Shown here piece by piece: positions 1-11,070 of a stretch of DNA of 64,000 bases; within the stretch, counting starts at the first letter, position 1; each line of letters opens with the position of its first letter. Below the pieces are notes generated by a model. That model saw nothing but the letters and a program-made list of their open reading frames with translations, was not told the origin of the DNA and made no database searches. This DNA is from Octopus bimaculoides (lineage: Eukaryota). The stretch is from positions 27,083,783 through 27,147,782 of the forward strand of contig NC_068985.1 of NCBI RefSeq assembly GCF_001194135.2, written 5' to 3'. The position numbers and the translations under genes are program-made.

Positions 1-323
1 ACTCTTATAGTTATAATTTTGAGCAATTAAAGTTAAAAAGAAATAAATATACATGAACAATAAAAACTTGTTCCAAAACTTAGCTATTGCTTTCAATGAT
101 TTACTTTGTGTTTCATTATTTGTATTGCAAAAGAAATGAAGAAAAATGTTATACCATTAAAGAGTTCCAAACCTGCAGAGGACAAATTAACTTTATCCCT
201 GAGGGTAGACCCCAATATTGCTTCAGTTAAAAGAATATAACCAAAAAAAAGAATGTTTTTGTTACCTAAAATGGTTTCATTTTTAGTTTAATTATAGGAT
301 GGTATGGCAAATAAAATTTTCAT

Positions 324-511
324 GGCCTTTGTGCCGGTGGCACATAAAAGCACCCACGACACTCTTGGAGTGGTTGGCATTAGGAAGGGCATCCAGCTGT
401 AGAAACTCAGCCAAATCAGATTGGAACCTGGTGTAGCTACCTGGTCCACCAGTCCTCAGTCAGATCGTCCAACCCATGCTAGCATGGAAAGCGGATGTTA
501 AACGACGATGA
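324..511 (+). mobile_element. RTE 3' tail copy
   Basis: ttaggaagggcatccagctgtagaaac...ccaacccatgctagcatggaaagcgga..taaacga(tga)n. Confidence 0.85.
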
Positions 512-740
512 ATTGATTTTATTTTTCATGAAACTGAGGCCACTTGAAGCTAAAAAGCTATCAAAGTGCTTAAACTGTCTTATGTTTTTATGATTTGTGG
601 TCAAGATAAAAAAAAAATCATCAGAATAGTTTTCAGTCTGTAAACTTTTAATAGACTAAAAACTGGAGAATTTAAAAAGAGTTTCACTTCAACTGAAATA
701 GTTTACTGTTAAGCTATTTATTAAACCTTTATTTTTGCAG

Positions 741-817
741 ATCCCAGTAACTTTCCCAACAACTGCACCTGAAATAGCCCTACCTGAGCTGGATGGAAAA
801 ACTGCAAAAATGTACAG
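741..817 (+). CDS. UFC1: UFC1 (Ufm1-conjugating E2) internal exon, [25 protein letters not shown](R); upstream exons lie outside the window
   Basis: Acceptor tttttgcag|, donor |gtgagt. Peptide nearly identical to human UFC1 [26 protein letters not shown], including the TAK motif. Confidence 0.96.
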
Positions 818-2621
818 GTGAGTTCTGCATTGATGTTTCTGTTGAAACTTTCACCTTCACTGAGACACCATGCATAGAAGAGTTATTAATAAATGGAAAT
901 ATTGTAGAAAATTTCTAGCTATTAAGCTTTTAGTTTGTTAGAGCTCTTGGAGCAAAATTTTGTAGTTATATATTCCACCATTCTACACATAAGAAGTAGT
1001 GATACCTTAGGGCAGTCGTTGCTTTCACAGAATTAGGGTTATCAGTTCTTTACAGAAAGATTTTTAAAGGATAATTAAACCTAAAAAAAAAAAAGAGATT
1101 AGAAAAGCTGAGTAGCACTTTGAAAGTGCATTCACAGCAGCATCTCAAGTTCACTTATTATGAAGTATAGTCATGGCTATGTGGTTAAGAAGCTTTTTTT
1201 CCCTATCCTGTGGTCTTGGATTCAGTCCCACTACATGGCACCTTGGGCAGGTGTTTTTTACTATAGCTTCAGACTGACCAAAATCTTGTGAGTGGATTTG
1301 GTAAATGGAAACTGCAAAAGGCCCTTTATTTATATATATATATAAAGTCAGTAAATGGTGGGGTTGTGTTAACTGCATATGGAGAAATGATAGGAAAGGG
1401 AAAAAAAATTATTATTATTTTTTCCTTTCCTATATATATATATATATATATACACATACATACACACACATTCAACCACAGTAGCGGTTAAATATATTCT
1501 TAAGTCCACCATTTTGTCAATTGCAGCAGCTTCCAAGCTTCACCACTCATTCAGTTCTCAACTAAATTGCAAACTGTTAATAGTTTTAAAGAGGACATGA
1601 AATGGATCTGGATCTGACACTTTCTTTTCTTTCTAGACATGATGCCAAGCAGGAAATAATGTCAGCTCCCAACAAGCTAGAAAAGCAACCAAATCTTCTT
1701 TAAATTACACTCTAACATTCTGAAAAAGACACTATCATGCAGGCGTGACTGCAGGGTTAAAAAGTTAGCTTCCCAACCACATGGTTTTAGGTTCAGTCTC
1801 ATTGTGTGGCATTTTGGGGAAGTGTCTTTTACAGTAGACCTGGGTTAACCAAAGCTTTGAGTAGATTTCATAGATAGAAACTGAAAGAAGCCCATTATGT
1901 ATGTGTGTATGCTTGTATAAACAAAGTCACATAAATATATATATACTTACCTACATACATATGTATATATATATGATAGGATTCTTTCAGTTTCGTCTGC
2001 CAATTTCACTCACAAGGTTTTGGTCGGCCTGAGGCTTTAGTAAAAGACACTTGCCCAAGGTTCTATGCAGTGAGACTGAACCCAGAACTATGTAGTTGAG
2101 AAGCAAACTTCTTACCACACAGCTATGCCTGTTAGTTTGAGTGCTGCTTAATGGTGAAATAGCACAAGTAGCTACTGCTAAATATTCTCAGCTGTTTGAG
2201 AGTTGTCTTGTATACAAATGCAATTTACAGTGGTTCACAGGATATGAACTACTAACCTTTCGACAGTGTTCAATGCTTTATTGACTTGGTCAACTATGTT
2301 ATTTTTTTGTAGGCCTTTGTTATCTTCTTAAATCTAATTCCAGTGGTGTTTAACCCCAGGTCAGCTCTGAACAAGAAGACCAGTCATGATCATCCAGTCT
2401 TTTTTCTAGATTATATGATCTTGTGTCCTTCCTTTTCTAGTAGAAATGACTGCTATTTCTAGTAAATTGTTCAACCTTCTAATTCCCTTATTAAATTTGG
2501 ATAGTGACACTTCAAGTACAAGCAAAACTGAACATTTATCTCTTATATCATATTTGTTTTACATTGAATACAGAAACCAACTAAACGTTACTTGACTTTT
2601 TTTTTTTTGTTCTCTTTATAG

Positions 2622-2712
2622 AGGTGGGAAAATTTGCTTGACTGATCATTTTAAGCCCCTCTGGGCAAGGAATGTGCCAAAATTCGGAATTTCCCATGCA
2701 ATGGCACTTGGG
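2622..2712 (+). CDS. UFC1: UFC1 exon with catalytic Cys: (R)[30 protein letters not shown]
   Basis: Acceptor ctctttatag|, donor |gtaagt. Phase 2 joins the previous exon; matches the UFC1 active-site segment. Confidence 0.97.
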
Positions 2713-2834
2713 GTAAGTATTTTAATGTAGAAATTGTTGAATGCAAAACAAGATACCCAACAGTGTTTAACTCAAATCTTTCTCCGTCTCTAAAATATAC
2801 ACTAGTCGTGAACAGAGGCTCAAAGAGCTAGATT

Positions 2835-3205
2835 ACTCTTTTACTTGCTTCAGTCATTTGACTGCGGCAATGCTGGAGCACTGCCTTTAGTCGAGCAAAC
2901 CAACCCCACGACTTATTCTTTGTAAGCCTAGTACTTATTCTATCGGTCTCTTTTGCCAAACCGCTAAGTTATGGGGACGTAAACAAACCAGCATCGGTTG
3001 TCAAGTGATGTTGGGGGAACAAACACATATACACATACATATATACGACAGGCCTCTTTCAGTTTCCATCTACCAAATCCACTCACAAGGCTTTGGTCAG
3101 CCCGAGGCTATAGTAAAAGACACTTGCCTAAGGTGCCACGCAGTGGGACTGCACCTGGAAACGTGGTTGGTAAGCAAGCTACTTACTACACAGCCACATC
3201 CTGCA
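2835..3205 (-). mobile_element. tRNA-derived SINE with CORE-like middle and internal (ta/ca)n. Related copies at about 1168-1335+, 1738-1915+, 1975-2130-, 9131-9350-, 19985-20330-, 30720-30945+, 55672-56033-, 58325-58650-
   Basis: Head gtggctgtgtagtaag...gttccagg, accttaggcaagtg middle, ggaaactgaaaga, microsatellite, and ...ctccagca..gccgcagtcaaatgactgaa tail shared by all copies. Confidence 0.85.
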
Positions 3206-3358
3206 TTATCTTGTAGCTTTGAAATTTTGATGATGTGATTGATTATTTTAGAAATGAAATTCCAGGGTGGATGCGAGAAGCTGAATTTAGCTGGTTTGAA
3301 CATATGGGCCAGATATATCCAGCTTAACCCTTTTGCATTCAGATTCTATCAAACATAT

Positions 3359-3572
3359 GTCGTGGTTAAGTGCACAGGCTACTAACCCCAAGATTTCAAG
3401 TTCGATTCAAGGCAGTGACCTTAATAATAACATCGAAAAATACCTTAGGAATGAGAACCAGGTTTGAAATTTCAACAAAACACCTGATGAAGGCTGGAGG
3501 GTATATCAGCCGAAACGTTGCGTTAACAACAAACAAGATGAAGACAAATATCTGTCAAATGTAAATAATGTA
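3359..3572 (+). mobile_element. tRNA-headed, hammerhead-bearing SINE-like element nested in a piggyBac MITE
   Basis: A-box-like gtggttaag, B-box-like aagttcgattc, short (aat)n, then Penelope-like tail with hammerhead; homologous to both arms at 31.4-31.85 kb. Confidence 0.7.
3479..3524 (+). ncRNA. Minimal type I hammerhead ribozyme motif (Penelope-type), copy A
   Basis: AACAC-CUGAUGA-A-GGCUGG(agggtata)UCAGCC-GAA-AC/GU-U-GCGUU. Core intact, 6-bp stem II, loop-less palindromic stem III, stem I 4/5 paired; predicted cleavage after 3519. Confidence 0.7.
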
Positions 3573-3828
3573 TAATGTTTATTTATTCATTGTTTTGAAG
3601 TGATTATGCATATCTTGTGGCTTAAAGAGTTTGATATGTAGCTGTTTATTTTTAGAATGATATTGTAGGGTTGTTATAAGGTTAGATCTGGTTAGTTTGA
3701 ACATGAAACAGAATATGGTCAGTTTAAATGCTAATGGATTAAATCACTTATTAGGAACTAAACAATACTTTTAAACACGTTATATTCATACAATAGTAAT
3801 CAGTTTTTTTGTTTTTTTTTTTCCTTAG

Positions 3829-3909
3829 CTGGGACCATGGCTTGCTGTAGAAATCCCAGATTTAATACAGAAAGAAATTATTGTATATAAACCTACAACC
3901 AATTCATGA
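3829..3909 (+). CDS. UFC1: UFC1 last coding exon LGPWLAVEIPDLIQKEIIVYKPTTNS*
   Basis: T-rich acceptor ttccttag|, phase 0. LGPWLAVEIPDLIQK is the UFC1 C-terminus; TGA at 3907-3909. Confidence 0.95.
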   Translation: MGPWLAVEIPDLIQKEIIVYKPTTNS

Positions 3910-6183
3910 TTGTTTATATTTGTGCGCTGTCATCCTCAGTGAAAAATTAAAATAATTATTCATTCAGATGAGGTTTGTGTTTTTAATTTATAACCCAGTA
4001 ATTCAAGAGAAATGTGGTGTGTGAAAAATAATGGTAAAATTATAAAGATATTGCAGAATTGAGATCTGTATACAATGACAAGACACTGAGTAATATTTCT
4101 CCTGATTAACACCGAAAAGTAGCAATTAACCAATATGCTTTGAAAGAACTTGGTCATTCTTCGTTTATTCTCTCAAAAAGTGCTGATGAACTAATATAGA
4201 TTTATCTTCTGAAACATCTACTTTTCTAATTTCAAATCTTTCCAGGGACTACTCAGCCTTTCAATTCTCCAAAATGAGATATAAATGTATCAGTTATGTA
4301 CTGGAGTAGCTTCAATCAAGTAATCACTCCATTATATGTACAGCTTTGTCCCGGTAGGTGACATCATGATCATACAATTTAAAAATCATTTTACATCACA
4401 AGATTCCATTTTTACTTCTATGTGTCTTGAGATTGTATACTTTGTCAAAAAGGAAAAAAAAAATTAGAATAGTGTATTGTGTGGTGAATACTGAATACCT
4501 TAGCAAACAAACTTCATTAGTCATTTTCAATTGTTCACAGAAGCCAATACTCTTCATGAGAAAATTGGGTGCAGTTGTTTGAATGCTGACAATTTGGCAC
4601 ATCTGACTGGACATTCAGCCTGATTTGATACTAGAGGCAAACACACATACAGAAATATAAACATAGATTAAAAAGTATGAGAGAGAGACATTATAATTAA
4701 CTAAACACTCTCGTTTCCTCTCACACACATACAGGAATATGTTCATGGACAGAATGAGAGAAACATTAAAACGTCTCACCAAAACGCTTCATCCTCATGA
4801 ATGCTCTCAAGAAAAGCATGAACCTCATGTAGCAAGATAAGAAATTGATCTTAATCAATGTTATGTCATTGGTGTATGTTTAGAGCCAAGCATTTTTGTC
4901 CCATAAGAGAGATCCTTCAAAATAGAGGATACTGACTGGAGGACTGTTATTGTACAATCCATGCAGTTGTACTTCAGAGAACAAGTCATCAAAATTAACT
5001 AAAACACATACAAGTATAACACTGACTTTCCAGATGCTCCTGGCCCAGACCAAACTAGTTTACTGGTATCTTACACAGTACAGTATTACTTATACTAATG
5101 TATAAGTATCTGTATTTCATTTAATTTAGAGTGTGTTAGCCAATGTGACAACTCTTGGTTTGGAAAAATTAGTAACTCAGAAAAGCTTTGGAACCAAAGG
5201 TTCTAGAAAATCAATGTTGCATCTGTACTTAATTCGCTTTCAAAGTATCACAATACATTTAGGAAATAATGGAGGAATCTGACGTTTCAGAAGTGACTCA
5301 TCACGTAAGGAATTTTTTTAACTGAGGAGTTTAGATAGTATTGAGAATATGTAAAGGAGAGAGGGATAAACATAAAAAAGTGATGGAGGTAATGTATTGA
5401 AAAGAAACAAAATAATTTAAAAATTCATTTTAAGTAACTAGATGTGGAAAGATAAAATTTAGTGTGCACATAAGGGTAGGAGTACCAAAAACAATTGTAT
5501 GGATGCATAAGTAAATGTCAATTATGACAAAGTTTACTGTATGTATGTGTGTGTCTGTGGGGAAATTATATTTGTACAGGGTTATGAAGTAAAATTATAT
5601 TTCCATTGATTCAGACAGGTAGTTCAGTTGTTCAATCAACTTACTGAATTACTAAGTGACTAAACATTCCATAGACTCATGTACTTTGCATGGGATTCTC
5701 AGGCATGACTGACTATACTGGACCTTTAAATTACAGCTACAGTCAATATGACAGGCTTCTACACAGTTTCCGTCTATTTGATTTAACTCAAAAGGCTTGA
5801 GATGATTTAAGGTTATAGTCAAAAATATGTGTCCAGGATCTCATAATTGCAAAGCAAACTTCTTAACCATTCAACCAAGTAACAAAGTTTAGTTTGCAGA
5901 ATTACAAAAATAATAGATAAGAGAACACTATGCAATTGACAAGGTTTATTTGTGGATATAACGAAGATAATTGTGTCTCAACATGGAGGATGATCAACAG
6001 CGAATATTGTAAAGTTTAGCTGTTAATAATAGCTCATAGATGTTGGGGAAATATGATCTCTTTAGATGGAGGTTTTGTCATAGACCTTCACCTGCCACCA
6101 AATATTCTTTCATAACTGACTTAGACATCAAACAGCCAGTGTTTGCATGTGCAACAGCTACACCCCACTGGAAACTGCTTTAA

Positions 6184-6352
6184 CCCTTTTGCTACCATAT
6201 TCCTGTTGACATACACTGCCTTTGTTTCAATTAATTTCCAAATTAAGAATTTAACAAAATATCCTTGTGTTTGGAACATGAAATTTTGATGGAAGGTATT
6301 AATTTAAATCATAGAACTAGTGGTAGTCACTGCAAGGTTGATGTCAAAAGAG
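6184..6352. mobile_element. piggyBac-type MITE (different subfamily)
   Basis: TTAA|cccttttg ... caaaagag|TTAA. Confidence 0.6.
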
Positions 6353-7077
6353 TTAACATCAGGTCAAAATAGCCAAACTCTTAGAATTTAATACACAACA
6401 GTACCAGCCAAATCACAAGAAATGATAGTACTGTACAGTGTGTGACAACAGGTGATTCAGCATCAAAGAGGTTATCACTATTCATTGCAGTTAGAGAAGT
6501 CACCCAATCATTTTGCAGCACATGACTTGCAATATCTATGACAAAGAGGCTTGTACTTCTGCGGTACAAAGTCTCAGTCGTCACTTTCATATTCTCCCAA
6601 TTAAGATGTCACTTAGGTTACACACTTGACCTAGAAAAAATTCAAAGATCGACATGGACAGAGAAATCGTTAATGAATATTATGGACTATTGATTGAATG
6701 ATAATGAAATAGTTTATACTTTTAAGAACAAAAACTGAATACTAATCATTTGGGAAATTCTTTCAAACAGCTTAACATTAGAAAGTAATTAAAATATATA
6801 AACACACATATCCATATGCACACATGAAGGGAGTAGATTGCAAATTACAAAATAAAATCACAATACATATATGTGAATACACAAACTTCAACTCCTGGAC
6901 TGATAAAAATATTTCAACTAAGTTGAGTATATATATATATGCATATATAAAAAAAAATAACAAATTTCTTGCTATCTTTGTTTCAGAGACAGATTATTAA
7001 AAAAAAAATGGGTTGCTTGGAATTACCCCATGGAGAGAAAAAAAAAAAAACTTTATGAAGTGGGGAAACTCTTTCAA

Positions 7078-7521
7078 TTAATATCTCTTATAAGGTTCAT
7101 GTCTGTAACCTGAGTTATTTCTAAAACCAGATCCCCGAGACATGTAATCATATCTGTGATGCCTTTGTTCATAGCGGTTGCTGTCTGGCATCATATTAGG
7201 CAAGTTCTGTTTGTGTGTGTAACCAGCATTTTGGTTTAAGTACCTGCTATTATCGTAATTAGAATGCTGATGAAAATAACCACCTGTGGGTCGATTGCCA
7301 TGATTTCCATAAGGACTACTTCCTTGACTTGTCTCTCTTGGCTGGTATTCTTCTGGCTGATTGTTCATGCGTGCCTGACGAGCCCGAAGAACTAAAATTT
7401 TACCATATAATGAAACCCCATCATAGATCTGAAGTGTGTAAGGAATGGATTCTGAGTGCTTAAACTGAATGAAAGCATATGATCTTTCCTTGGGTATAAA
7501 CACTTTCTCCAATGGACCAGA
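7078..7521 (-). CDS. RBM7: RBM7 (RBM7/RBM11-type RRM, NEXT complex subunit) exon 2: SGPLEKVFIPKERSYAFIQFKHSESIPY...HEPYKRY*
   Basis: Acceptor ctatttcag|, phase 0 with exon 1. RNP1-like SYAFIQF and KHxxSIPY signature, followed by an N/Y/R-rich low-complexity tail. Confidence 0.85.
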   Translation of the reverse strand, partial: SGPLEKVFIPKERSYAFIQFKHSESIPYTLQIYDGVSLYGKILVLRARQARMNNQPEEYQPRETSQGSSPYGNHGNRPTGGYFHQHSNYDNSRYLNQNAGYTHKQNLPNMMPDSNRYEQRHHRYDYMSRGSGFRNNSGYRHEPYKRY

Positions 7522-8199
7522 CTGAAATAGAGAGAAAAAAAAAATTACTGTTGAAATCTTTTTCTGTATACTAGCATAGGTTGAATGAATTTGAATTTTA
7601 AGAGAAATTTTGTACTGGAAAACATTTTTACAATTAAATGCTTACTTAACAGTAACCAACCAACTACAACATCTATTTTCAGATAGAAAAACTGATGCAA
7701 TTCCAGAATAGTCAGTAAATGAAAGTAGTAGTCCAGCATGACTGTAGCTTACCTGTGATAACTAAAACAAACTAGAATATGTACTGCATCACTGAAATTT
7801 TGCAATAATCCATACATTGATTACAAAATGAAACAAATGGTAAATTCTTGTTGGTCAGTGGCATTTGACAATCACTTGGCAAACCACAGAATTTTAAAAT
7901 TTTCTTGCAGCAATAGAAGAAACAATTTTTTCCCAAAAAACTTTTGAAAATTTCTGTATATTTTTTCTGAATAAATACTTGAATGATAAAAATAAAATTA
8001 AACCTTGGGAGGGGCATTATGCCGGTAATAAACACACGCACTAGTTCAGTCCTTTATTAATTTATAAACAGTATATAGTTTTTTGTTAAATCATTTCATT
8101 GCACTCTTGCAATCTCTTCAGTAACTTGTCTCTCCACAATGAAATGATTTAACAAAAAACTATATACTGTTTATAAATTAATAAAGGATTGAACCAGTG

Positions 8200-8386
8200 N
8201 NNNNNNNNNNNNNNNNNNNNNNNNNNNNNNNNNNNNNNNNNNNNNNNNNNNNNNNNNNNNNNNNNNNNNNNNNNNNNNNNNNNNNNNNNNNNNNNNNNNN
8301 NNNNNNNNNNNNNNNNNNNNNNNNNNNNNNNNNNNNNNNNNNNNNNNNNNNNNNNNNNNNNNNNNNNNNNNNNNNNNNNNNNNNNN
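8200..8386. other. Assembly gap. Other gaps: 24205-24551, 34133-34660, 43045-43063, 61326-61965
   Basis: Runs of N. Confidence 1.
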
Positions 8387-8883
8387 ATGATCTGACACAT
8401 TTTTGGATTAAAAAAAAAAAAGCAAAGAAACAAAAAAAATTATTTATTTTTGAGAAGTACATATAATGCCATTTTGTTTCATTTGGTCTTAAAAATTAAA
8501 TCAGTCAAATGGGAGCAGTCATTGTCCACACACTGTCGAAGGCATTCATGAAAGTTGTCCATAACTCGGCGGATCATTTCATGAGGAATGGCATCTTTAA
8601 GTTGTTCAATAGATTGAGGGCGATTAAAGTATACCTTTGACTTGAGGTATCCCCAGAGGAAAAAATCGCAAGGATTTAAATCAGGTGATAGGGGGGGGGG
8701 ACCGATGTCACCACGCAATGAGATTAAATGACCAGGAAACACCTCCCTCAAAATTCCCATCGCACGTCGAGAAGTGTGGGCTGTTATAAGTACCTTTCGA
8801 AAGTGAAAAAAACATTTTTGTAACTTTAATTTATTTGCCTTTTATTAAACCTACAAATGTGTCAGATCATTTTGCTGGACCCT
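8387..8883 (-). mobile_element. Internally deleted Tc1/mariner element, DD41D-like transposase C-terminus; left end lies in the gap
   Basis: TAHTSRRAMGILREVFPGHLISLRGD..P..SPDLNPCDFFLWGYLKSKVY; inverted repeat atgatctgacacattt (8387) / aaatgtgtcagatcat (~8855); right end ...ggaccc|tata. Confidence 0.85.
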
Positions 8884-10020
8884 ATACTTGTTACCCTTTG
8901 CTCAAGGATATAATGCACTACCTTGTCCAGGAACTGAACTCACAACCTTACAATCATGATCCCAACACCCTCACCACTAGGCCATACACACATCTTCACA
9001 TCCAGTATTATCATTAGTAAAGAGAATTTTTTTTTGTTTTTGATTTGTTAATGTCATTGCTAGCTCCATCCAACCATCTATCAATAACTTCCACAAAAGT
9101 ATCAATAATATATTTTTGGCAAGTCAATTCTAAATATTCTTTTTTTACTAGTTTCAGTCACTGGACTGCAGCCATGATGGGGCACCAACTTGAAGGGTTG
9201 TAGTCAAACAGATCCACCTCCTTCCCCAGGATTTATTTTTAAGTGTGGCACTTATTCTATCAGTTCCTTTGCTGAACCACGAAGTTACAAGGACATAAAC
9301 AAACCAACACCAGTTGTAAGGTGGTGGGGACACAAAGTCACACACACACACACATTTATATAATCAAATGAATAACTGTTAATGCTTATTTTATCAGCCA
9401 CAATTGTAATGATACTGCACACACAAAATATTGAGAATTAATGAATCAGTAAGAAAATCTTAAATAATCAATAGACGATACAGAACACCGACTTGTGTTT
9501 CTATACATCAAAATAATGAAGAATTTTGGACATTTGTTCATAAACAGGGCCTCCTGAAAGTATTTACCTTGTCAAAAGTGGGTGTTTTCCAACACAAAAT
9601 CAGTGCTTATTTATTCATATTGTTTTGTATTAATTATGCATTATCTCATAGCTTTGATAAGGCAATGAGCTGGCAAGAATCATTAGCATGCTGGATGAAA
9701 CACTTAGCGGTATTTTGCCTGTTGCTCTGTTCTGAGTTCAACTTTGACTCTCATCCTCTTGGGGTTAATAAATTAAGTACCAGTTGCATACTGAGGGATC
9801 AAATCGATTGGCCCCCCTCCCCAAAAGTTTCAGGCCTTGTGTCTATAGTAGAAAGGATTATCTTATAGCTTTGAGGTTTCAGGGGTGATTGTTTATTTTT
9901 AGAATGACATTGTTGGGTAGGTGTGAGAGGCTACACATGGCCAGTTTAAATGCTAATGGGTTAAAAACCTAAAGTAAAACAGTGGAGCATAACGGGTCGC
10001 TGGACCCACCAAATTAAATA

Positions 10021-10410
10021 CTGCCAGAGCACCAGCTGTCTGGCTTCAGTGCCGGTGGCACGTAAATAGCACCATTTGAGCATGATCGCTACCAACGTCG
10101 CCTTCCTGGCACTTGAAAAGTCAGTCGAACGAGTTCGTTGCCAGTGTCGCTGGCTCCTGTGCAGGTGGCACATAAAAGACACCATTTCGAGCATGGCCGT
10201 TGCCAGTACCTCCTGACTGGCCTTCGTGCTGGTGAAACGTAAAAGCACCCACTACACTCTCGGAGTGGTTGGCGTTAGGAAGGGCATCCAGTTGTAGAAA
10301 CTCTGCCAGATCAGATTGGAGCCTGGTGTAGCCATCTGGTTTACCAGTCCTCAGTCAAATCGTCCAACCCATGCTAGCATGGAAAGCGGATGTTAAACGA
10401 TGTTGATGAC
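10021..10410 (+). mobile_element. RTE 3' tail copy with three gtgcc-n3-ggcac-type modules
   Basis: Same diagnostic 3' end as the 20.5-22.4 kb LINE. Confidence 0.85.
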
Positions 10411-10829
10411 ATGAGCAAAACACAGCTATAAATTTATTTAACAGCAATAAGATAAAGTTGGAACTAAAACTGGCACTCTGTTAGTTACAATGACGAGGGG
10501 TCCCAATTGATCCGAACAACAGAACAGCCTGCTTGTGAAATTAACGTGCAAGTGGCTGAACACCCCACAGACACACACACTCTTCATGTGACAAGGCTGG
10601 CCCTTTGAATTACAGGTATGACTCATTTTTGCCGGCTGAGTAAACAGGGGCAATGTGAAATAAAGTAATGTCTTGTCAAGGGCACAATACACCACTTGGA
10701 ATTGAACTCTTGACCTTGCAATCGTGAGCCGAATATCCTAAGTACTAAGCCACATGTCTTCACAGTTAGAACTATTAAATGCATGAAACAATAACGTTTT
10801 TGCAAAATAAAAGCCTCTTTCATGACATA

Positions 10830-11070
10830 TGATTCTGTCCTGGTATTGTAAGAACATGAACACCTGCATTGTACAAATGGATGCTGATGGAGGTGTACCA
10901 AAGGAATCTGCTGCAAGAAATGGAATTGCAAACATTTTGCAAAAAACTATCTTCAGTGCAAGTCGTCAATCTCAACAATTACTGAGCCCATATACATGAC
11001 ATGACGAATATCAAAGTAACAGCATTTGAGTGTCAGCTAATATTGGGTTAAAACATTATGTAATTGTGCA
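10830..11070 (+). mobile_element. Possible Merlin/ISXO2-like transposase N-terminal relic
   Basis: GC*WRCTKGIC followed after a frameshift by KTIFSASRQSQQLL; heavily degraded. Confidence 0.3.

Larger units (their letters stand above)
3328..3738. mobile_element. piggyBac-type MITE interrupted by the tRNA/hammerhead element
   Basis: TTAA|cccttttgcatt ... aatgctaatgga|TTAA. Confidence 0.72.

Noticed and set aside
3829-3909. UFC1 C-terminal QKEII instead of QKGVI
   Set aside because: A single substitution in the variable tail; catalytic Cys and TAK motifs are intact.
4180-4200. Other CTGATGA/CTGAAGA hits (e.g. 4184, 16085, 17505, 18629, 35131, 55283)
   Set aside because: No stem II plus GAAA downstream, so not hammerheads.
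6381-6630. Minus-strand ORF and acceptor downstream of the RBM7 stop
   Set aside because: In-frame stop just upstream, no homology recognised; most likely 3' UTR.
8149-8466. Long X-rich ORFs in the track (also at 24.0-24.8, 34.1-34.7 and 61.2-62.0 kb)
   Set aside because: They are artefacts of translation through N-gaps; only the RTE portion at 24552-24779 and the neighbouring DD41D relic are real.
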